A stretch of DNA of 32,000 nt from Mycobacterium tuberculosis H37Rv (GTDB lineage Bacteria; Actinomycetota; Actinomycetes; Mycobacteriales; Mycobacteriaceae), in NCBI RefSeq assembly GCF_000195955.2, contig NC_000962.3:3720001-3752000 (forward strand). Reading direction: 5' to 3'. Shown here piece by piece: positions 21,401 through 29,700 of the stretch. The position numbers and the translations under genes were made by a program. The notes below the pieces were generated by a model that ran no database searches, had not been told where the DNA came from, and saw only the letters and a list, made by a program, of their open reading frames with translations. Numbering within the stretch: position 1 is the first letter of the stretch; every line of letters begins with the position of its first letter.

Positions 21401-23197
21401 GCCGCCGTCGCCGTGCTGGGCGCCGCCATTTCCGCCATTACCGCCGTGGCCCCCGGCGCCGCCATTGGTGCCGTTACCGCCCGTCGGTTGTAAGGCGGTA
21501 CCGGTAGCGCCGGTGGAACCCGCATGACCGGCACCGCCGGCGCCGCCGGTGCCGCCGTTGCCGACCAACCCGCCATGACCGCCATTACCGCCGGCCCCGC
21601 CGGCTTGTAGGGGTGAGTTGGCGGTGGCGCCGATGCCGCCATCGCCGCCGTTGCCGCCGCTGGTGGGGGTGGCGCCGGCGGCACCGTGCGCACCCGCCAG
21701 CAGGCCGCCGGCCCCACCGGCCCCGCCCACGCCGGGGTTGCCGCCGTGACCGCCGTTACCGCCGGCACCGTTGTTGACGGCGAAACTCGGATCGCCAGCG
21801 CCGCCCTTACCACCGTCGCCGCCGACGCCGCCGGCCCCGCCGGCCCCGCCGTTGCCAACCAATAACCCGCCGCGCCCGCCGTTGCCGCCGGTTCCGCCGT
21901 TGCCGCCGTCGCTGCCGTCGCCGCCGTTGAGGCCGGCGGCACCCGGCAGGCCCGCGGCCCCGGCCCCCCCGGCGCCGCCGTTCCCGAACAGCCCGGCGTC
22001 GCCACCGTTGCCGCCTATACCTCCGATGCCGCCGATCCCGCCGGCGCCGCCGTTGCCGTAGACAAATCCGCCGGACCCGCCGACGCCACCATTGGTGCCG
22101 GCGCCGCCGGACCCGCCGGCCCCGAACAACCAGGCGTTGCCGCCGGCACCACCGTTAGCGCCGGTCCCGCCGGCCCCGCCGGCCCCGCCGTTGCCGTTCA
22201 ACCACCCGCCGGATCCGCCGACACCGCCGGCAGCGCCGGCCCCGCCGGACCCGCCGGACCCGCCGTTGCCGAACAACCCGGCCGCGCCGCCGGGCCCACC
22301 GACTTGACCGGCCGCCCCCGAACCGCCGTTACCGCCATTACCCCACAACAACCCCCCGGCCCCACCGGGCTGCCCGGTCCCCGGCGCCCCGTGAACGCCA
22401 TCACCGATCAGCGGGCGCCCCAACCACAGCTGTGTGGGCGCGTTGATCGCACCCAACACTTGCTGCTCCAGCGCCTGCAGCGGTGATGCATTCGCCGCCT
22501 CGGCAGTCGCATACGCGCTGCCAGCCGCGGTCAGCGAGCGCACAAACTGCTCATGAAACGTCGCCACCCGGGCGCTCAACGCCTGGTACTCCTGCGCGTG
22601 GGTACCAAACAACGCCGCGATCGCCGCCGACACCTCATCACCGGCGGCCGCCAACACCTGCGTCGTCGGGCCCGCTGCCGCCGCATTCGCCGCGCTGATG
22701 GCCTGCCCAATCCCGGTCAAGTCCGCCGCGGCCGCCGCCACCAGCTCCGGCGCCACCATCAGCGACATGACCATTCCTCCAACACCAATGGCGCGTACAG
22801 CCGGCTCGCGCGAGCCTTGACCGCCGGCGGCAACCCGAGCGATCCCATGGCCCTAGGCGGTTCTCGGGCGAACGCCACGTTTAGCGGATCGATTCACCCG
22901 GTCGTTGCGTTGCGGCGCAGCAATAGACATCTCGAAGCACTCCGGCTGCCAATCTCGTCGCGTTTATTCTGCTCGTGACCAGCGCAGGAAAGGGGGGGAT
23001 TACGAAAGTCTTCGGGATCTCAGTGCACAGTGCACACATGTTTAACCAATCACCGTGGCATAACGCACACCAAAGGCCGAGAGCGCGGAAAACGCAGAAC
23101 ATCAATTGGATCGGTTGCTAGCTTTGCCGCACCGTGGTCAGCCGCGCCAGGATCGGTCGGCAATGGCACCACCGGAGCAGGCGAAAGGTACCCGGTT

Positions 23198-23455
23198 CTA
23201 GCCCGTCCCCAACGGGTCAATGGTGGATGCGATATAGACCATGGCCGCCGCGACCGTCACGGTCGTCACGAAATCGATCCCCTTGCTGCGCACCACCAAC
23301 AGGCCGGCCCGTTCCTCGGACAACACCAACCGCAGCACCGCCGCCACCCCAACGCCGATACCGATCAGCAGCGCACCACGGCGCCAGAAGTTGACCCCCG
23401 CCAGGATCGGCCACTGGGCGCCAACAGTGCGCCGCAAAACGGCCCTCACGGTCAT
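23198..23455 (-). CDS. Small (85 aa) predicted two-helix membrane protein (Rv3346c-like), function unknown
   Basis: The ORF reads MTVRAVLRRTVGAQWPILAGVNFWRRGALLIGIGVGVAAVLRLVLSEERAGLLVVRSKGIDFVTTVTVAAAMVYIASTIDPLGTG. It has two hydrophobic stretches flanked by Arg residues. No recognisable catalytic motifs. Confidence 0.6.
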   Translation of the reverse strand: MTVRAVLRRTVGAQWPILAGVNFWRRGALLIGIGVGVAAVLRLVLSEERAGLLVVRSKGIDFVTTVTVAAAMVYIASTIDPLGTG

Positions 23456-23490
23456 CGCCGCTCAGCCAGCTCCACGACACTTGTCAGCAA

Positions 23491-23562
23491 GGACGCCCGG
23501 GGCGAAGGGCGTTCGCCAAGTCTGTAGATGAGCTGCGGGAGATGGCCGACGGCGAGGGTTGA
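23491..23562 (+). pseudogene. Relic of the 3' end of a yefM-family (RelJ-like) antitoxin gene
   Basis: The frame-1 translation GRPGRRAFAKSVDELREMADGEG* closely matches the C-terminus of M. tuberculosis RelJ/YefM as I recall it (..AGHSAFTKSVDELREMAGGEE). The N-terminal ~65 codons are missing, and upstream sequence belongs to the opposite-strand membrane-protein gene. Confidence 0.55.
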
Positions 23563-23633
23563 GAAGCGTCAACTTCGATCGTGATGCCTGGGAGGACTTC
23601 TTATTTCATACGCGATCGGTGATGCCGCCCTGA
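23559..23633 (+). pseudogene. Relic of the 5' end of a yoeB-family (RelK-like) toxin gene, truncated after 24 codons
   Basis: TTG 23559 overlaps the antitoxin-relic stop (TTGA). Translation (L/M)RSVNFDRDAWEDFLFHTRSVMPP* matches the YoeB/RelK N-terminus (VRSVNFDPDAWEDFLFW.. as recalled; family motif F...AWEDYLYW). It then diverges and stops at 23631-23633. Confidence 0.6.
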
Positions 23634-23710
23634 AGCCGAGGTCGACGGCAGCGCGGAGACGTTCGAGAAGACGTCGCGGTGAGGTCAATCCCGGTGTGAC
23701 CAACGGCCGG

Positions 23711-26700
23711 TTACGGCCCGGTGCCCGCGAACAGCAGGCCCGACAGCTGCTGGCCGACGTTCATAAAGCCCGAGACGAAGGCCGATGTGACCAGGCCAAG
23801 CGTGCCCGTGTTGTACACGCCCGAGATGCCCGCGCCACGGTTGAGGATGCCGGAGAGCTGGGTGCCGAAATTGGCGAAGCCCGACGCCGACCCGAGCAGC
23901 GGATCCGAGATCGCGTTGAGCACCCCCGACATGCCCGACCCGGAGTTGGAGAAGCCGGACCCGCCACCACCGCCGGTGTTGAAGAAGCCCGACGACGGCG
24001 CGGTGGTGTCGTTGCCAAAGCCCGGTGCTCCGCCGAACCCGAAAATCGGGAGGCTGACGGGGCCGATGGTGGTGCTGGCGTGTAACTCCACCGGGATCCG
24101 GTCGATAACGACCGTCGGGAGATCAAAGGGTGGGGTGCCGCCGGACAAACCGAGGCCCAGCGGGAGTTGGGGAATCAGGGTGCCGCCCGGGATGGTGAAG
24201 CCCGGAATGGTCAGCGACAGCGGCAGGCCGATGTGGATGGGTCCGGTGGGAATGGTGAATCCGGGGAAGTGCAGTGTCGTCGGGTTCAAGTTGATGGGTG
24301 CCACGGTGAATGGTTGAAGTATGGAGACCTCGCCCCCGGGCATGCCGTCGGGTCCGACCGCGAAGAATGAAAAGCTGGGTCTGACCTTGAATCCGGAGCT
24401 GCTTCCGGACGTCATCCTGATCTCCGAGACGGCAGCATCCAAACTTAGGCCAGGGATGGTGAGGGTGATGGGGTCCACGGTGATAGGGCCGACGTCGAAG
24501 GTGGGATCGATGCCCAGGTGGATCGAGGGGATGGCGATGTTCGGGATGCTGATCGGCCCGATGTGGCCGATCGCGGCGAAGCCCAACGGGATGGACGGGA
24601 TGTGGATGGGCGGAATGATGGTGGCGGGGCCGATGTCGCCGGTGACGTCGGCGCCCACCGCGGGGAACAGCGGAATGGGGTACCCGAAGGAGAAGCCGGC
24701 CAAGCCCTCGTAATTGCCCCGCCATAAGATGCCGTTGCTAAAGTTGCCCGTGATGAGGGCGCCGGTGTTGACATTGCCCGCGTTGGCGACGCCGGTGTTG
24801 GCGTTACCGGTGTTGAACCAGCCGGTGTTGGTGCTGCCTGGGTTGAAGCCACCGGTGTTGGTGTCACCAGCATTGAAGCTGCCCGTGTTGTACGACCCGG
24901 CGTTTGCCACACCGGTGTTGAAGCCGCCGGCGTTGACCAACCCGGTGCTGGCCACCCCGGAGTTGCCGATACCGGTGTTGTAGCTGCCGGAGTTGAACAA
25001 CCCGAAGTTGGCAGTCCCGGAGTTGAAGAAGCCGATATTGCCTGTGCCGGAGTTGAACAGGCCAATGTTGCCAGTGCCGGAGTTCAAGCCGCCGATGCCG
25101 GACTGGTTGTCGCCGGTGAGCCCGATCCCGAGGTTGTTGGTGCCGGTGTTGCCAAACCCGATGTTGCCCAGGCCCATGTTGGCCCAGCCGACGTTGCCGC
25201 TGCCGGCGTTGCCCAGCCCGATATTGCCCATGCCGGCCAGGCCCGCCGCCAGACCCGAATTCCCGAACCCGAAGTTGGCATCGCCGATATTGCCGAACCC
25301 GACGTTGCCGCCGCCGATGTTGCCGAAGCCCAGGTTCACGTCGCCAATGTTGCCGAATCCCAGGTTCACGTCGCCAATGTTGGCCGCACCCAGGTTGAGG
25401 TTGCCGATGTTGCCGAGGCCGACGTTGCCGTTGCCGACGTTAGCCAACCCGATGTTGACGATGGTGATGGGGTTTTGCCCCACGTTGGAGGCCAACAAGC
25501 CCGACAGGTGATCACCGACGTTGCCCAGGCCCGACACCAACGCCGGCGTCCCAAGCGGCAGCGTGCTGGTGTTGTAGATCCCCGACAGCCCCGAACCGAG
25601 GTTGAGCACGCCGGAGTGCAGTGTGCCGACGTTGGCAATACCCGAACCCGCGCCTGCCAAAGCGGTGTGCGCCTGGTTCCACCACCCCGACATGTTCGCG
25701 CCGAAGTTGCCGAAACCCGAGCCCCCGCCCGCCCCGGTGTTGAAGAAGCCCGACGACGGAACGGTGGTGGTGTTCCCAATGCCCGGGGTGGGCGGGATGT
25801 TGATCAGCGGGATGTCGCCGGCGATGACGTAGAGTTCGCCGTCGGCGTTCGCCGGGATCTCCGGGAACGTGATCGCCGGAATGGTGGCGCCGGGGGTGCC
25901 GACGAACACATCCAGGTTCAGCAGCGAGTTCGCCGGGAACGTCAGACCACCGGGGAACAGGGTGATCGCGTCGATGCTGCCCGGCACCTGGAAACCCAAC
26001 GGGATCTGGTGAATATTGAGCGCCGGGGTGTTGAACGCCTGAGATGCCGCATTGAAGACGGCATGCACCGGGCCGGTCGTGCTGAGCGTCGGGATTCCCG
26101 AGATGATATTGCCGCCGACGAACAGGTCACCGGCGTTGTAGATTCTGCCGACCGAGTACCACGTTGGGCCGATCGCACCGGATGACGTCCAGACGATAAA
26201 CGGCTCTATTTCGCTGGTCGCCCCGACCGACGCGGCCATATCGAGGACCGCTCGTGCGGCGGTCAGGGCGGGAATGGTGACCGAGGGGACCGCGATGGGG
26301 CCGAAGCCGACGCTTCCGGTGACGTTCGGATTGAGGGCGGGAATATCGATTTGCGGGATGGTGAAGGCGCCCATCGCCGCGTTGCCGGTCAGGTGCGCGT
26401 TGATCGCCAGAACCGGGATGGGCGGGACGACCACCGGGCCGAAGGCCCCGGTGAAATGCGCGTCCAGGATGGTGATCCGGGGAACGTCGAGGCTGTAGGA
26501 ATAGCTGAATAGGCCTTCGTAGTTGCCCCGCCACAGGATGCCGTTGCTGAAGTTGCCCGACATGAGGGCGCCGGTGTCGACATTGCCCGAGTTCGCGATG
26601 CCGGTGTTGGCGTTACCGGTGTTGAACCAGCCGGTGTTGATGCTGCCCGGGTTGAAGCCACCGGTGTTGGTGTCACCGACATTGAAGCTGCCCGTGTTGT

Positions 26701-29700
26701 ACGACCCGGCGTTGGCCAGACCCGTAGTGAAACCACCGGCATTGAAAAGCCCAGTACTGCCCGTTCCGCTATTACCGATGCCGGTGTTGAAGCTGCCCGA
26801 GTTGAACAACCCCCAGTTTCCGGTCCCGGAGTTGAAGAACCCGATGTTGCCGGTGCCGGAGTTGAACAGGCCAATGTTGCCGGCACCGGAGTTCAAGCCG
26901 CCGATGCCGGTCTGGTTGTCGCCGGTCAGCCCAATCCCGAGGTTGTTGGTGCCGGTGTTGGCGAACCCGATGTTGCCCACACCCATGTTGGCCAGGCCAA
27001 CGTTGGTGCTGCCCGCATTGCCCAACCCGATATTGCCGATGCCGAGCGCCGCCCCCAGGCCCGAATTGCCAAACCCGACGTTGCCGTGGCCGATATTGCC
27101 GAAGCCGACGTTGGCGTTCCCGATATTGCCCAACCCTAGGTTGAGGTCGCCGAGGTTGGCCGCGCCCAGGTTGAAGTCCCCAACGTTGCCCAACCCGAGG
27201 TTGTAGTTGCCGACATCGGCCAACCCGAGGTTGATGATGGGGCTTTGGGTCAACGCCGTCCCGGCCGCCAACACCCCCGACAGCTGCTGGCCCACGTTGC
27301 CGGCACCCGACACCAGCGCCGGCGTCCCCAAACCCACGATAGCGGTGTTGTACAGCCCCGATATCCCCGAGCCGACGTTCAGCACACCCGAGTTCAGCGT
27401 GCCAACGTTGAGAACGCCCGAGCCCGCGCCCGCCAACGCGGCATGCGCCTGGTTCCACCAGCCTGAGCTGCCGGCCCCGAAGTTGCCGAAACCCGACACC
27501 CCGCCCGCGCCGGAGTTGAAGAAACCCGACGACGGGGTGGCGGTCGCGTTCCCGAAGCCGGGCGTCGGCGGAACGATGATGATCGGAACGCTGCTGTCCG
27601 GCACGCTGATGTTGAGGGCCAGGCTCAGTGGCAGCGGATCGATCGTGAAACCACCCGGGAATATCGTGATCGGATCCAGCACGCCGGACGCATCGATGGT
27701 CAACGGGATCGCATTTTGCGGGATGTTGAGGCCACCGGGGAACAGCGTGAAGGCCGGAAGACCGCCCGACACATCGATCTTGAGCGGGATAGGCGATGTC
27801 GTGATCGTTGGGATGGTGACGGTTGGGAGGGTTAGTGCGAGGCTACCGGTGGTTGCGCTGCTGGGACCGGTATGGATCAGGATGCCCTGAGTGGGTGCGG
27901 TGACAAAGCCACCACTCATTCCGGTTGAGTTGGACGCCCCAACGATCCAGTTGTCGCCGAGCGCATTCACGAACAGCAACGGAAGTCTGAAGGGCGGCGG
28001 GGCGGGGGCCGGGGGCGTGTCGAGCGGAATCGTGTAGGTCTGACCGCCGATCGTCATGCTCGGCAGGAAGACGATGGGCGGGATGACCATCGTTTCGTGG
28101 ATGTCCAGCACCACTGCGGGGACATCGATGGGCTCGATCCTGAAGGGCCCGATGTTGACGAGTTCGTGGATGTCGAACAGCGACATGCCGGGAATATCGA
28201 TCTGATCGATGTGGACGGGACCGAGGTTGAGGGTTTCGTTGATGTCCACCAGGGTGCTGCCGGTGATTTCGATGCTGTAGGAGAAGCCGACCAGCCCGTG
28301 GTGATCACCGGTCCACAGCGCGCCGTTGTTGAAGCTGCCGGAGTTGAACGCGCCGGTGTTGACATTGCCCGTGTTGAAGCCGCCGGTGTTGGTGTGGCCG
28401 GCGTTGAACCAGCCGGTGTTGACATTGCCAGGGTTGAAGCCGCCGGTGTTGGTGTTGCCCGCGTTGAGGCTGCCGGTGTTGTAACTACCGGCATTGGCCA
28501 GACCCGTGTTGAAACTCCCGGCATTGAAAAGCCCGGTACTGCCCGTTCCGCTGTTACCGATGCCGGTGTTGTAGCTGCCCGAGTTGAACAACCCCCAGTT
28601 TCCGGTCCCGGTGTTGAAGAACCCGATGTTGCCGGTGCCGGAGTTGAACAACCCCAGGTTGCCGGCACCGGAGTTCAGGCCGCCGAACCCGGTCTGGTTG
28701 TCGCCGGTCAGCCCGATCCCGAGGTTGTTGGTGCCGGTATTGCCGAACCCGATGTTGCCCAGGCCCATGTTGCCGAAGCCGACGTTGTTGCTGCCGGCGT
28801 TGCCCAACCCGATGTTGCCGATCCCCGGCAGCGCCCCCAGGCCCGAGTTGCCGAACCCGACATTGCCGTGGCCGAGGTTGCCGAACCCGACGTTGCCGTC
28901 CCCGAGGTTGCCCAACCCCAGGTTCTGCCCGCCGAGGTTGCCACCGCCGAGGTTGAGGTTGCCGAGGTTGCCCGCGCCCAGGTTGACGTCGCCGACGTTG
29001 GCGAAGCCGAGGTTGTAGCTGCCGACGTTGCCCAGGTTGACGATGTTCAGCGGATTCAGGTGCCGCAGCTCGGCGATCGCCGCGTCGATGATGCTCGGCT
29101 GCCCGGAGCCGCCCGACCCGCCGCTGGTCAGCATCGCCAGCAGGCCATCGATGGACACCCCCGACACGTGGTTGCCCAGGTTGCCGAAACCCGAGATCAC
29201 CGCCGGCGCGGAGCCCAGCGTGCTCACGTTGAACATGCCCGAGATGTCGACGCCGGAGTTCAGCACACCGGATGCCAGGCTGCCGGCATTGCCCAGGCCG
29301 GAGAGCGTCCCCACCATCGGACTCGAGGCCTGGTTCAGCAAGCCGGACACCCCCGCGCCGAAGTTGGCGATGCCCGAGCCGCCACCGCCGCCGGTGTTGA
29401 AGAAGCCCGACGACGGCAGCTCGGTCGAGTTGCCAAAGCCCGGCAGCGCCGGAATGTCGATGATCGAGATGTTGATGGGTCCGGCGCTGCTGAGAACGTC
29501 GAAGTTCAGCGGAATCGGGTCGATCCTGGTGCCGGTGATGGTGACCGCCGGAATGTCGACGGACACATCGATCGGCACGACCTCCGACATCGAAATTCCG
29601 TTGATAGTGGAGGCCGGGATGTCGATCGGCGGAATGTCGATGGGTATGGATTGGCTGAACGAGATTGCCGGCAATTCGATGGCGTCGATGGTCTGCTGCA

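Noticed and set aside
22881-23105. 74-aa minus-strand ORF (MMFCVFRALGLWCALCHGDW...) in the lower-GC region upstream of PE_PGRS50
   Set aside because: It has no SD, and its Cys/Phe-rich composition is atypical for this genome. It sits where the PE_PGRS50 promoter and 5'-UTR should be. It cannot be excluded as a micro-protein, but nothing in the sequence supports it.
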